The notes: generated from the sequence alone by a model not told the origin. Numbered from the stretch's first letter, positions 1-10,142 are shown. The stretch: 58,576 nt of DNA from Acidobacteriota bacterium (GCA_041630155.1 JBFKLX010000004.1:1-58576); one strand, 5' to 3'. Numbers and translations: made by a program.

Positions 1-57
1 CGACCTCGCCTCGAGAGCCCCGCCCGCAACCATCACCGTGTTTACGAACCGGAGTGC

Positions 58-1113
58 TTAGGAGCCGGACTGCGGTTCCCGAGATTGGGCCTCGAGGTGG
101 CTCTCCAGCTGCTGGATGCGTTCCTCGAGTTGCTTGACTGCCTTGACCAATTCGGGGAAGCGGTGCATGAGCAGGTAGTTCTTGCGCCACAGAGCCGAGT
201 CCATTTCCGGGGTCCCGGACACTTTGCTGCCTTTGGCCACGGAGCGGGCGATGCCAGTCTGCGCGGTGGCGATGACCTCGTCTTCGATGGTGAGGTGGCC
301 GGCCGCCCCCACCTGGCCCGCCAGCATGACGCGATTGCCGACTCGCGTGCTGCCGGCCAGGCCCACCTGGGCCGCCAGAACACTGTCCTGGCCCACCCGG
401 CTGCCGTGTCCGATCTGGACCAGGTTGTCGATCTTGGTGCCGCGCTCTACGCGCGTTTCTCCCACCGTCGCCCGGTCGATGCAGCTGTGAGCGCCGACTT
501 CAACGTCGTCCTCCAACACCACCGTGCCCGACTGTACGATCTTGCGGTAGCTGCCGTCGCCCACCGGGGCGAAGCCGAAGCCGTCGCCGCCGATCACGGC
601 TCCGTTCTGAAGGATCACACGGTGACCGATGCGGCAGTATTCCCGGACCACGGCATGACTGTGGGCTACGAAGTCGTCTCCGACCTCGGCGTATGGGTAG
701 AGCACGACATGGGGATGCAGCACCGCCCGCTGGCCGAGCTTCACGCCGGCCCGGATCACGACGTGGGCGCCGATGCAATAGTCTTCGCCCAGTTCGGCGG
801 TGTCCTCGATGACAGCCGTGGGGTGGATGCCCGGAACTGCCTCCGGGGGCTGGTAGAAGAGCTCGATGACTCGGGCGAAGGTGAGATAGGGGTTCTCGGA
901 AACCAGGGTGGGTATTTCGGTTGCGGGGGCGTCAGGCGCCAGGATGATGGCCCCCGCCCGGCTCTCCTTGATGCGGGCCGTGTACTTGGGATTGGACACG
1001 AAGGTGATCTCGTCCGGCTCCGCCTCCTCGATTCCGGCGGCCCCGTTGATCTCGACCTTGCCATCTCCGCGCAGCTGGCACTCCAGCCGCCGGGCAATCT
1101 CCACGAGCTTCAT
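58..1113 (-). CDS. lpxD: UDP-3-O-(3-hydroxyacyl)glucosamine N-acyltransferase
   Basis: N-terminal LpxD domain (ITFVSNPKY, NPYLTFAR), hexapeptide repeats, IGGDGFGF and TKIDNLVQIGH motifs. Start moved to MKLVEIA (ATG 1113), which has a GGAGG SD. Confidence 0.95.
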   Translation of the reverse strand: MKLVEIARRLECQLRGDGKVEINGAAGIEEAEPDEITFVSNPKYTARIKESRAGAIILAPDAPATEIPTLVSENPYLTFARVIELFYQPPEAVPGIHPTAVIEDTAELGEDYCIGAHVVIRAGVKLGQRAVLHPHVVLYPYAEVGDDFVAHSHAVVREYCRIGHRVILQNGAVIGGDGFGFAPVGDGSYRKIVQSGTVVLEDDVEVGAHSCIDRATVGETRVERGTKIDNLVQIGHGSRVGQDSVLAAQVGLAGSTRVGNRVMLAGQVGAAGHLTIEDEVIATAQTGIARSVAKGSKVSGTPEMDSALWRKNYLLMHRFPELVKAVKQLEERIQQLESHLEAQSREPQSGS

Positions 1114-1265
1114 CCCGTCCCTCCTCAAAACTTCAGATGCTGATGATAACGTACCCCGCGGACGTTTGAAGAGCACGGCGAGGCCGGCCGTCAATCGGGC
1201 GCGGCCAGGTCCGATCGAGGCCTTTTCGTGAACTCCACTGGAAATCGAGGGTCCAAAGGTCTGCA

Positions 1266-2849
1266 ATGGCGAGGCGTTTGGCGGCCGCAATGGCTGCCGG
1301 GAAAGTCAGTGTCGCGGTATTCATCAGCCGCATCCTGGGGTTGGTGCGGGAACAGGTGATGGCTGCGGTCTTCGGTGCCGACCTGCTGATGGATGCCTGG
1401 CTGGTAGCCTTTCGCATCCCCAGCATGCTGCGCGACCTGTTCGCCGAAGGGGCCCTGAGTTCGGCGTTCGTCCCGACCTTCACCGCCGCCCTCCGCCAGG
1501 AGGGGAGAGAACGTTCCTGGCAGCTGGCCAACCTGGTTTTCTCGACCCTTCTGGTAGTGCTGGGGCTGATGGGGGTGTTGCTGCTGCTCTTCTCCGACCT
1601 TTTCGTCTATCTGCTGGCGGGCGGCTTCAGCCAGATTCCCGGCAAGGTCGAAGTCACTTCCACGATGCTGAGGATCCTTTCACCCTTCATTCTTTTGGTG
1701 GCGGGCGCTTCGGTCGCCATGGGGATTCTCAATGCTCACGACCGGTATTTCCTGCCCGCCCTGGCTCCCGCCAGTTTCAACGTGTGTGTGATCCTGGCCG
1801 GCCTCTTCCTGACTCCCTGGTTTCGAGCCTGGAACACAGTCGGCATTTACGCGGTGGCCGTGGGTGCAGTCTTGGGGGGCCTGGCGCAGCTGGCGGTGCA
1901 ACTGCCGCTGCTGCGGCGCCTGGGCTTCGGCTTTCGATTCCGGCTGGATTTCGGCGACCCGGGCATCCGGCGCCTGGGGCGGCTCCTGGCGCCCGCCGTC
2001 ATTGGGGTCAGTGCCGTCCAGATCACGGTGCTGATCAACACTCAGATTGCCGCCCTTCTGGGGGACGGGCCGATCTCCTGGCTGAGTTATGCTTTTCGCG
2101 TCGTCTATCTGCCGATCGGGCTGTTCGGGGTGGCGGTGGGAGTGGTCAACCTTCGAGAGGTCAGCGCCTACGCGGCCCATCAGCAGTGGGACGAATTGAA
2201 GGCGACGGTGGCCAACTCGCTGAAGCTGATCGCGGTGCTGGCACTGCCGTCGACGCTGGGTCTGTGGGCGCTGGCCGAGCCGATCACCCGCGTCCTCTAT
2301 CAACGGGGCGCCTTCACCTCGCAGGACACCTCGAACACGGCCCAGGCATTGATTTTCTATGGGATCGGGCTGTTCGCCTACAGCTGCGTCAAGGTCTATG
2401 CCCCCACCTTTTACGCGTTGGACGACACTCGCACTCCGGTGCGGATCAGCCTGGCCGCCGTGCTGGTCAACCTGGTGGTCAATGTGCTGTTCGTGTTCCT
2501 GCTGCTGCCCGAGTCGATTGCCTTTGCCGGGTTGGCGCTGGGGACCTCCTTGGGGGTCACGTTCAACACCCTCATGCTGGCGCGCAGTTTTGCGGCCCGC
2601 TTCGGTTCCCTGCGGGAGCATCGGGTGGGTGAGGTGATCGCCAAGACCCTGCTGGCTTCGGCCGCCATGGGGCTGCTCGTGCACGCCGGTCACGGCTGGC
2701 TGGAACAAGCGGTGGGGGTGACGGGCGAAGTGGGGCGTCTGCTGGTGCTGGTGGTATCGATTGCGGCGGGCGCGCTACTCTACTTCTGGTCGTGCTGGGT
2801 GCTGGGCGTCGAGGAGATTCAGCTGCTGGTCCGGCGATTTCGACGATGA
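1266..2849 (+). CDS. murJ: Lipid II flippase MurJ (MviN)
   Basis: SRILGLVRE, AFRIPSMLRDLFAEGALSSAFVP, LPIGLFGVAV; about 14 hydrophobic segments. Start could be 1290. Confidence 0.95.
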   Translation: MARRLAAAMAAGKVSVAVFISRILGLVREQVMAAVFGADLLMDAWLVAFRIPSMLRDLFAEGALSSAFVPTFTAALRQEGRERSWQLANLVFSTLLVVLGLMGVLLLLFSDLFVYLLAGGFSQIPGKVEVTSTMLRILSPFILLVAGASVAMGILNAHDRYFLPALAPASFNVCVILAGLFLTPWFRAWNTVGIYAVAVGAVLGGLAQLAVQLPLLRRLGFGFRFRLDFGDPGIRRLGRLLAPAVIGVSAVQITVLINTQIAALLGDGPISWLSYAFRVVYLPIGLFGVAVGVVNLREVSAYAAHQQWDELKATVANSLKLIAVLALPSTLGLWALAEPITRVLYQRGAFTSQDTSNTAQALIFYGIGLFAYSCVKVYAPTFYALDDTRTPVRISLAAVLVNLVVNVLFVFLLLPESIAFAGLALGTSLGVTFNTLMLARSFAARFGSLREHRVGEVIAKTLLASAAMGLLVHAGHGWLEQAVGVTGEVGRLLVLVVSIAAGALLYFWSCWVLGVEEIQLLVRRFRR

Positions 2850-3742
2850 AGAACTGGCAACGGACGTTCGAGAGTTATCTGAGCTACCTGCGAGTGGAAA
2901 AGGGCCTCTCGCCCAATACCGTGGCGGCCTACCGCCTCGATGTCGGCCAATTTCTCCAATTCCTGAGCCAGCGCGGTAGCCCCGCACCCCCACAGGTGGA
3001 CAAGGACCTGCTGGTGGACTTCCTGCAAACGTTGTACGCTCGCGTGTCCGCCCGCTCTGTCCGCCGCAAGATCGTGAGCCTGCGATCCTTTTTTCGCTTC
3101 CTCCAACTGGACGGATTCACGGAGCACGATCCGACCGAAACGTTGGAGTCGCCGCGGACTTGGTGGACGCTGCCCCGCTATCTGACCCCTTCGCAAGTGG
3201 AAGCGCTGCTGGCGGCTCCCGATCGGTCCACTCGCAACGGTTATCGCGATCGCACCATGCTGGAGGTGCTCTATGCCACCGGTTTGCGAGTCAGCGAACT
3301 GGTACGCCTCAGGACCGAGGACCTCAACTTCGAGTACGGATTCGTTCGCACGCTGGGCAAGGGCTCGCGGGAACGGCTGGTGCCGCTGGGGGAAGTCGCA
3401 TTCGCTCACGTGCGGGAGTATCTGGAGCGCGTTCGCCCGAAACTGGCCCGGGGACGGCGTCCCTCTCACTACCTGTTCCTGAGCCAGAAAGGAGGGCCAA
3501 TGACGCGCCAGAACTTCTGGTCCATCGTGACCCGGCTGGGGCGGCAGGCGGGCCTCGAGGGCAAGCTCAGCCCTCATGTGCTTCGGCACAGCTTCGCCAC
3601 CCATCTGCTGGAAAACGGCGCCGACCTGCGTGCCGTTCAGCTGATGCTGGGCCACGCCGACATTTCCACGACCCAGATCTACACTCATGTGACCCGCGAG
3701 CGGCTCAAGAAGATCTACGACCGGTTTCATCCCCGGGCCTAG
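2846..3742 (+). CDS. xerD: Site-specific tyrosine recombinase XerD
   Basis: EKGLSPNTVAAY, LYATGLRVSEL, GKGSRERLVP, PHVLRHSFATHLLENGADLRAVQLMLGHADISTTQIY. ATGA overlap with the murJ stop. Confidence 0.93.
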   Translation: MKNWQRTFESYLSYLRVEKGLSPNTVAAYRLDVGQFLQFLSQRGSPAPPQVDKDLLVDFLQTLYARVSARSVRRKIVSLRSFFRFLQLDGFTEHDPTETLESPRTWWTLPRYLTPSQVEALLAAPDRSTRNGYRDRTMLEVLYATGLRVSELVRLRTEDLNFEYGFVRTLGKGSRERLVPLGEVAFAHVREYLERVRPKLARGRRPSHYLFLSQKGGPMTRQNFWSIVTRLGRQAGLEGKLSPHVLRHSFATHLLENGADLRAVQLMLGHADISTTQIYTHVTRERLKKIYDRFHPRA

Positions 3743-3818
3743 TGGGCACAGGCCGCGGTTCTCAGGCTGGGGGGCTTCGCCGGCGACGCTCATGGGGCCC
3801 GGGTCGGGGCCGAGCTCC

Positions 3819-5234
3819 TTACCAGATCCCCAGCAGTCTCCACCAGGGAAGGCCGAGGCCCAGCCAGATGACGAGGTTGGCAAGGGAGATGGCGAATCCA
3901 ACGGTCCACCAGGGCTTCAGCTCGATGTAGCCCGAGCCGTAGTAAATGGGCGCCGCGCCGTCTCCGTAGTGGGTCAGCGAGGCGTACAGGTTGGAGAAGA
4001 AGCAGAGCAGCAAGGCGGCCAGCAGGGGCGGCGCTCCGGCGCCCACGGCGATCGCCAGGAAAGCCGCATACAAGGCAATGATCTGCGAGGTCATGCTGGC
4101 GAAGCCGTAGTGGAGGTACAGGTAGACCACCAGCACAACCATCAAGGTCCCCATCCCGCTCCAGCCCGCGAACCAGTTCCCCGCCTGATTCACTAGAGCC
4201 GGGATCAGGCTCGTCTCGCCCAGGGCTTCGGCCAGGGAGACGAAGCCCCCGAACCAGATGAAGGTGCTCCAAGCCGCGTGTTCCCCGGTCAGGTCTTTCC
4301 AGCTCAGCACCTCCGCCACCAGCAGCACCACCACCGCCGAGAGGGCGGCAGCGACGGTGCTGACGCCGTGCAGGCGCGAAGTCGCCCAGGTCATCGCCAG
4401 CAGGGTGAAGACGCCGAGCAGGGTCTTTTCGGATACGTTCATGGGTCCCAGGCGGATCAGCTGATCGCGGGCGTAACTCTGGGCCTCCGGGGTGGCTTTC
4501 AGCTCGGGCGGAAAAATGCGATAGATCAGGTACGGAATTGTCGCCACCGCCACCGCCCCGGGCACACTAGCGGCAATGAACCAGAGCTCCCAGGAGATCT
4601 CGACGCCTGCCGTCTGGCTGGCCAGCTGAGCAGTCAGGCCGTTTGCCGCCATGGCGGTCAGAAACATCGCCGACGTGATCACATTGACCTGGAAGGCGGT
4701 CAACAGCAGATAACCTCCAATCCGGCGAGCAGTGGGGCCGGGGTGGGAGTCGAACTCCTGGGACAGGCTCCGCGCGATGGGGAAGATGATGCCGCCGGTG
4801 CGCGCCGTGTTGGAGGCCGTGACCGGAGCCAGAACCAGATCGGTCAGGCCCAGGGCGTAACCGAGTCGCAGGGAACTGCTGCCCAACCGGGCGATGAAGA
4901 TCAGGGCGATGCGGCGTCCCAGGCCGGTCTTGATGAAGGCGCGTGAGAACATGAAGGCGCTGACGATGATCCAAGTGACCGAGTTGGAGAAGCCGGCCAG
5001 GGCTTGCTGCAGCGTCAGCAGTCCGGCAGAGGAACCGAAGGCCAGAGACATCAGGACCATGACGCCGATGGGATATGGGTGCCAGAGGACTCCGGCGATC
5101 GTGGCGGCGAACAGGAGCAGCAATCGCCATTCCGCCCCAGGCAGGGCTCCGGGAGCGGGCATCAGCAGAATGGCGGTGAGAGCCACCGCGATCACACCCA
5201 GCGTGGCGGGGCGCAAAGCCGTCCTTGCTTCCAT
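3819..5234 (-). CDS. DASS family divalent anion:Na+ symporter / dicarboxylate antiporter
   Basis: KTGLGRRIA, SNTARTGGII, TSAMFLTAMAAN, THYGDGAAPIYYGSGY; polytopic. Confidence 0.9.
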   Translation of the reverse strand: MEARTALRPATLGVIAVALTAILLMPAPGALPGAEWRLLLLFAATIAGVLWHPYPIGVMVLMSLAFGSSAGLLTLQQALAGFSNSVTWIIVSAFMFSRAFIKTGLGRRIALIFIARLGSSSLRLGYALGLTDLVLAPVTASNTARTGGIIFPIARSLSQEFDSHPGPTARRIGGYLLLTAFQVNVITSAMFLTAMAANGLTAQLASQTAGVEISWELWFIAASVPGAVAVATIPYLIYRIFPPELKATPEAQSYARDQLIRLGPMNVSEKTLLGVFTLLAMTWATSRLHGVSTVAAALSAVVVLLVAEVLSWKDLTGEHAAWSTFIWFGGFVSLAEALGETSLIPALVNQAGNWFAGWSGMGTLMVVLVVYLYLHYGFASMTSQIIALYAAFLAIAVGAGAPPLLAALLLCFFSNLYASLTHYGDGAAPIYYGSGYIELKPWWTVGFAISLANLVIWLGLGLPWWRLLGIW

Positions 5235-5383
5235 CGGTCGCTGATCTTACCAAGCCAGGCCGCCGCTGGCGAGACCGCACGGGACTCGGATGCAGCCGAT
5301 GGGGCGTGGCGGCTCGAGTTTCGTTGCGGCTTCGGACCGGACTCCGGGGCCGCAGAACTTGCGCCATCGGTGCCGTGAACGTT

Positions 5384-5415
5384 AGCATCGACGGGAACAT
5401 CTAGAGCATCGACGG
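5384..5415. repeat. 11-bp direct repeat AGCATCGACGG x2, 21-bp period
   Basis: Identical copies at 5384-5394 and 5405-5415 in the divergent DASS/DUF1800 intergenic region. Confidence 0.6.
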
Positions 5416-5497
5416 ATACTTTTCGAACCATTGATGGTGAGGGCGCTCACCTCCCGGCGAGACGTCAACGGACAGAATGGAATCGGGGAAGCGAATC

Positions 5498-7078
5498 ATG
5501 AAGCGCACCATCCTGTTGCTCGCAATCCTGTCGAGCGTTGCTGCGTTGTCGGCCCAGAACCCTGGCCGGACCTGGAAACTGCCCCAGCGAGGACCGGAGC
5601 GCGTCCAGCCGCTGGCGTGGGGGATTCCGGCTGCGGCGCACCTGATGCGGCGAGCCGGCTTCAGCGCTTCGCTGGAGGAGCTGGACCGGATGGTCCAGCA
5701 GGGCTATCCGGCGACTCTGGACGAACTGATCGACTTCGAAGGCGTGGACGACTCAGCCATGGAGCGGGCCCTGGCCGACAAGCAGTACCAGCTCGCTTAT
5801 TACGAACCCGAGCTCGACATCAGTTTCGCCAGTTTGCTCGACCTGAATCGGGAGTGGCTCTTCCGCATGATCCACACCCGCCATCAGCTGGTCGAGAAAA
5901 TGACCCTCTTCTGGCACGATCACTTCGCCACCTCGATCGAGGCCGTGCCTCTGGTGGACTGCATCTCGATCCGGACCAATTGCCCGGACGGGTTGCCGCT
6001 GCTGCAGATCCAGAACCAGACCTTTCGCGAACACGCGCTGGGAAATTTCAAGGAGATGGTGCGAGCGATCGCCCGCGACCCGGCCATGATCATTTTCCTG
6101 GACGGCTTCTCCAACACGGCGGGAGCGCCCAACGAGAACTGGGCGCGCGAGCTGCTGGAGCTGTTCACGATGGGGGAAGGGAATGGCTACACCGAAGAGG
6201 ACGTGCAGGAGGCGGCGCGAGCCTTCACCGGCTGGACCCTCTCGCCGCTCAACTACCGCTTCGCCTACAACCTCTTCACTCACGATCATCGCTACCCCAA
6301 ACGCTTCCTGGGCGAGGAGATCTACCCCAGCGGTAACGATCCCGTTCCCGGCAGCCGGGACGGCGAGGCCGTCATCGACATCATCTTCCGGCAATCTCAA
6401 GTGGCGGAGTTCGTCACGCGAAAACTCTGGGAGTTCTTTGTCTATCCTGACCCGTCCGATCAGGTCATAGAACCCCTGGCCCAACTCTTCCGTGAGAGCG
6501 GCTACGAGTTGAAACCGCTGATGAGGGCGATCTTCGAGCACCCCCATTTTCTGTCCAACAAGGCCTACCGGGCCAAGATCAAGAGCCCGGTCGAACTGGC
6601 CGTCAACAGCTTCCGAGAGCTGAGCGTCCAGGACCCGGACAATCTGCCTCTGGTGATGTTCTTCTTCTCCTTGGGGCAGCTGCTCTACCTGCCGCCCGAC
6701 GTGGGAGGCTGGACTGCGGATCGTGGCTGGATCAACACGGGCACAGCCCTGGGACGCTACAATTTCCTGAATTTCCTGACCAGTAACCGGCCGGGCCTGT
6801 ATCCCCTGCCGGCACTCGTGAACGACCAGATTCCCGTCGAGGAGTGGATCGCCCGCTACCAGCCCGGCAACGGCTCGGAGGTGGTGGGTCTTTTTCTGGA
6901 AGCCCTGGTTCAAGGGGACGCCTCGACGGACACTCGATACACGCTCGAGACCTACCTCGAGACCGGGAGCAACGGCTCTCCGAAGGTCTTCGACATCACC
7001 GATCCGGGGGCGGTGGACGAAAAGGTGAGAGGCTTGATTTACCTCATCCTCCTGCTGCCCGCTTACCAGTTGAACTGA
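5498..7078 (+). CDS. DUF1800 family protein, copy 1, with signal peptide
   Basis: TLFWHDHFATS, DPAMIIFLD, PNENWARELLELFTMG, AARAFTGW; N-terminus MKRTILLLAILSSVAALSA is Sec-type. Confidence 0.88.
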   Translation: MKRTILLLAILSSVAALSAQNPGRTWKLPQRGPERVQPLAWGIPAAAHLMRRAGFSASLEELDRMVQQGYPATLDELIDFEGVDDSAMERALADKQYQLAYYEPELDISFASLLDLNREWLFRMIHTRHQLVEKMTLFWHDHFATSIEAVPLVDCISIRTNCPDGLPLLQIQNQTFREHALGNFKEMVRAIARDPAMIIFLDGFSNTAGAPNENWARELLELFTMGEGNGYTEEDVQEAARAFTGWTLSPLNYRFAYNLFTHDHRYPKRFLGEEIYPSGNDPVPGSRDGEAVIDIIFRQSQVAEFVTRKLWEFFVYPDPSDQVIEPLAQLFRESGYELKPLMRAIFEHPHFLSNKAYRAKIKSPVELAVNSFRELSVQDPDNLPLVMFFFSLGQLLYLPPDVGGWTADRGWINTGTALGRYNFLNFLTSNRPGLYPLPALVNDQIPVEEWIARYQPGNGSEVVGLFLEALVQGDASTDTRYTLETYLETGSNGSPKVFDITDPGAVDEKVRGLIYLILLLPAYQLN

Positions 7079-7153
7079 CCCGTTTCCGCATCGAGGGTCG
7101 CCGCGACGCGTGGGAGAGCGAAAAGACGCGATGCGAAAAAACACACATTTCCT

Positions 7154-7180
7154 TGAAACAAGGCCCCGGCGCTTCCGTAA
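7154..7180 (+). promoter_or_regulatory. ECF sigma (SigW-like) promoter
   Basis: TGAAAC(7154-7159)-N16-CGTAA(7176-7180), upstream of DUF1800 copy 2. Confidence 0.55.
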
Positions 7181-7222
7181 TCAACCGCGAACGACGAGTT
7201 TGACCCACGAAAGGTTGAAACC

Positions 7223-8824
7223 ATGAAACGAGTCTTGTTCGCGATGGTCCTGCTGGCTGCTTCCGCTGCCGGCGTGGTGGCGCAAATCCCGGGCCGGGGC
7301 AGCTGGCGAGTACCCCAGAGGCCCACGCTCGAAGAGCAGCCCGAGCCCTTGCCCTGGGACCTGGCTGCGGCCGCCCACCTGGCGCGCCGCGCAGGATTCA
7401 GCGGGTCGCTGGACGAGTTGAGCGGCATGGTGGAGCAGGGTTTCGAGGCCACACTGGACGGTCTGATCGATTTCGAGGCCGTGGACGACTCGGAGATGGA
7501 GGCTGCCCTGGCGGCCCGCGATTACCAGTTCACGCGCATCAACCAGAACGGGATGCTCCAGCCCAACGGGCTGAACCTCCAGCGCTGGTGGTTCTTTCGA
7601 ATGATCAACAGCCGTCGCCAGTTGCTCGAGAAGATGACGCTCTTCTGGCACGATCATTTCGCCACCTCGCTGGGGGTAGTGCGTTTCGTGAACGGCTCGC
7701 AGGAGCCCCTGATGCTGGTTCAGAACAGGGTGCTGCGCGAGCACGCGCTGGGCAATTTCAAAGAGATGGTGCGGGCCGTCGCTCGGGACCCGGCCATGAT
7801 CATCTGGCTGAACAACTTCGAGAACGTCAAAGGGAGCCCCAACGAGAATTGGGCGCGCGAGCTGATGGAGCTGTTCACCATGGGCGAGGGGAACGGCTAC
7901 ACCGAGGACGACATTCAGGAGGCGGCACGCGCTTTCACGGGATGGTCCCTGGTGCGGCCGCGTCAGGACTTCTTCGGTGGCCGGGCGCTGACGTTCCAAT
8001 TCTATCCCAACGAGCACGACGAAGGGCCCAAGACGGTTCTGGGGCAGACTTTTCAGGCGCCCCCCGGCCAGGAAGGGATCCAGGACGGTGACCGGGTCAT
8101 CGACATTATCTTCGAGCAGCCCCAGGTGGCCGACTTCATCACCCGAAAGCTCTGGGAATTCTTCGTGTATCCGCAGCCCGACGACCAAGTGATCGCACCG
8201 CTGGCGCAACTCTTTCGGGAGAGCGGTTACGAGATGAAACCGCTGATGCGGGCGATCTTCGAACATCCCCACTTCCTGTCGAAAAAGGCGTACCGGGCCA
8301 AGATCAAGAGCCCGGTCGAGCTGATCTGCGGTGCATTCCGGGAGATGGCAGTCAGCGACCCCGACAACCTGGGGCGCCTGGTCGAGTTCTTCGGGCTGGG
8401 CCAGAGCCTGTTCTTGCCGCCCGACGTGGGAGGCTGGACCAGCGACGCTGGCTGGGTGAACACGGGGACGATCCTGGGCCGCTTCAACTTCTTCACTTTT
8501 TTCACCAGCAATCGGGGCGTCGTGACACTTCCCGGCTCGGGTGACCAGCCCATCCGAAACCCCGCCCGCGACCAGATCGACGTGCAGGCCTTTCTCGAGC
8601 AATACCAACCGCTGAGCAGCAGCGACGTGATCGCTCTCTTCGCGGAAGCGATGGTGCAAGGGGACATCTCCGACGACTCTCGCCAGGCGCTGGAGCGATA
8701 CATGACGACCGGTGACGACGGCATGCCGCTGGAATTCGACGTCTTCAACGAGGCCCATGTGGACGAGAAGGTGCGGGGCCTGATTTTCCTGGTCGGCTTG
8801 TTGCCGGTCTACCAGCTCAACTGA
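7223..8824 (+). CDS. DUF1800 family protein, copy 2, with signal peptide
   Basis: Same DUF1800 motifs as copy 1; MKRVLFAMVLLAASAAG signal peptide. Confidence 0.88.
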   Translation: MKRVLFAMVLLAASAAGVVAQIPGRGSWRVPQRPTLEEQPEPLPWDLAAAAHLARRAGFSGSLDELSGMVEQGFEATLDGLIDFEAVDDSEMEAALAARDYQFTRINQNGMLQPNGLNLQRWWFFRMINSRRQLLEKMTLFWHDHFATSLGVVRFVNGSQEPLMLVQNRVLREHALGNFKEMVRAVARDPAMIIWLNNFENVKGSPNENWARELMELFTMGEGNGYTEDDIQEAARAFTGWSLVRPRQDFFGGRALTFQFYPNEHDEGPKTVLGQTFQAPPGQEGIQDGDRVIDIIFEQPQVADFITRKLWEFFVYPQPDDQVIAPLAQLFRESGYEMKPLMRAIFEHPHFLSKKAYRAKIKSPVELICGAFREMAVSDPDNLGRLVEFFGLGQSLFLPPDVGGWTSDAGWVNTGTILGRFNFFTFFTSNRGVVTLPGSGDQPIRNPARDQIDVQAFLEQYQPLSSSDVIALFAEAMVQGDISDDSRQALERYMTTGDDGMPLEFDVFNEAHVDEKVRGLIFLVGLLPVYQLN

Positions 8825-8843
8825 CGCCAGGAGGCGGATTGAA

Positions 8844-10112
8844 ATGCAGAATCGAAGAGATTTCCTGAAAAAATTCACCTTGCTGTCGACCGCTGTGACA
8901 GCTCCCACCTTCCTGGTACGCAGCATCAAGGCGGCTCAGGCCAGCGGCCTGGCCAATCTGGAGATGGGCAACCCCAACCGGATCCTCGTGGTGGTCGAGA
9001 TGGCGGGCGGATGTGACGGCCTCAACACGATCGTTCCCTACACCAACGACTTGTACTACCAGGCCCGTCCGACCCTGGCCCTGCGGCAAAACCAGGGCCT
9101 GCTCACCCTGGACGGGACGCATGCGCTGCACCCGGCCATGACCGGCTGGCACGAGCTCTGGTCCGAACAGGGCGCTCTGGCCATCGTCCACGGCGTGGGC
9201 TATCCCAACCCCAATCGCTCCCATTTCCGCTCCATGGACATCTGGCACACGGCCGAGCCGGACAACGTCGCCACCGACGGCTGGCTGGCCAGTTACTTTT
9301 CGGAGAATCCCGAGGCCGGATCCCTGCAGGGCTTGAACATCGGGGGCCGGGTACCGCGCGCCATGGTCTCGAGTGATGGCTCTTCCCCTTCGATCCAGAA
9401 CATCGAAACCTACCGGCTGCAGACCGATCCCAAATACCCCGGGGACGAGGCCAACAAGAACGCTGCGTTTCAACAGATCCTGTCCGAGCCCCAGAACAGC
9501 TTCCCCTTCCAGGAATACGTCACGCAGACGGTGCTGGACGCCACGGTCAGTTCGATCCAGCTGCTGGAGGGGCAGGACAACTACTCCAGCACCGTGGAGT
9601 ACCCCAACACCGCCTTTTCCAACAACCTGCGCAGCATCGCACAGATCATCGCCGCGGATCTGGGGGTGACCGTGTTCTACACCTCGATCAACGGCTTCGA
9701 CACGCACGCCAACCAGATCATCGCCAACAACAACCTGGTGGGGACGCACGCAACCCTGCTGGGGGACGTCTCACAGGGACTCAAGGCCTTCCACGAGGAC
9801 CTCGAGGAGATGGGTCGCGACCAGGACGTAGTGATCATGACCTTCACCGAGTTCGGACGCCGGGTGTCGGAAAACGGCAGCTTGGGCACCGATCACGGCA
9901 CGGCCAATCAGATGTTCGTGCTGGGCACCCCGGTGGCCGGTGGCAGCTACGGGCAGCAGCCCTCGCTCTCAGCCCTGGATCCGGTGGGGGACATGATCTA
10001 CACGGTCGACTTTCGCAGCGTCTATGCTTCGGTACTGGCCAACTGGCTGGGCGCTGACCCGGCGGCCGTTCTGGGTGGCGACTGGCTGGATCCTTCCCTG
10101 AGCTTCGTCTAG
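8844..10112 (+). CDS. DUF1501 family Tat-exported protein
   Basis: Twin-arginine NRRDFLK; GGCDGLNTIVPY, SHFRSMDIW, GFDTHANQ, TEFGRRVSENGSLGTDHG; GGAGG SD. Confidence 0.9.
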   Translation: MQNRRDFLKKFTLLSTAVTAPTFLVRSIKAAQASGLANLEMGNPNRILVVVEMAGGCDGLNTIVPYTNDLYYQARPTLALRQNQGLLTLDGTHALHPAMTGWHELWSEQGALAIVHGVGYPNPNRSHFRSMDIWHTAEPDNVATDGWLASYFSENPEAGSLQGLNIGGRVPRAMVSSDGSSPSIQNIETYRLQTDPKYPGDEANKNAAFQQILSEPQNSFPFQEYVTQTVLDATVSSIQLLEGQDNYSSTVEYPNTAFSNNLRSIAQIIAADLGVTVFYTSINGFDTHANQIIANNNLVGTHATLLGDVSQGLKAFHEDLEEMGRDQDVVIMTFTEFGRRVSENGSLGTDHGTANQMFVLGTPVAGGSYGQQPSLSALDPVGDMIYTVDFRSVYASVLANWLGADPAAVLGGDWLDPSLSFV

Positions 10113-10142
10113 TCGGGGGTTTCCTGCGAGAGGTCCGTTTCG

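Noticed and set aside
2846-3742. Tyrosine recombinase as a phage, integron or island integrase
   Set aside because: Length and motifs match chromosomal XerD, it is coupled to murJ, and no att sites, cassettes or cargo are visible.
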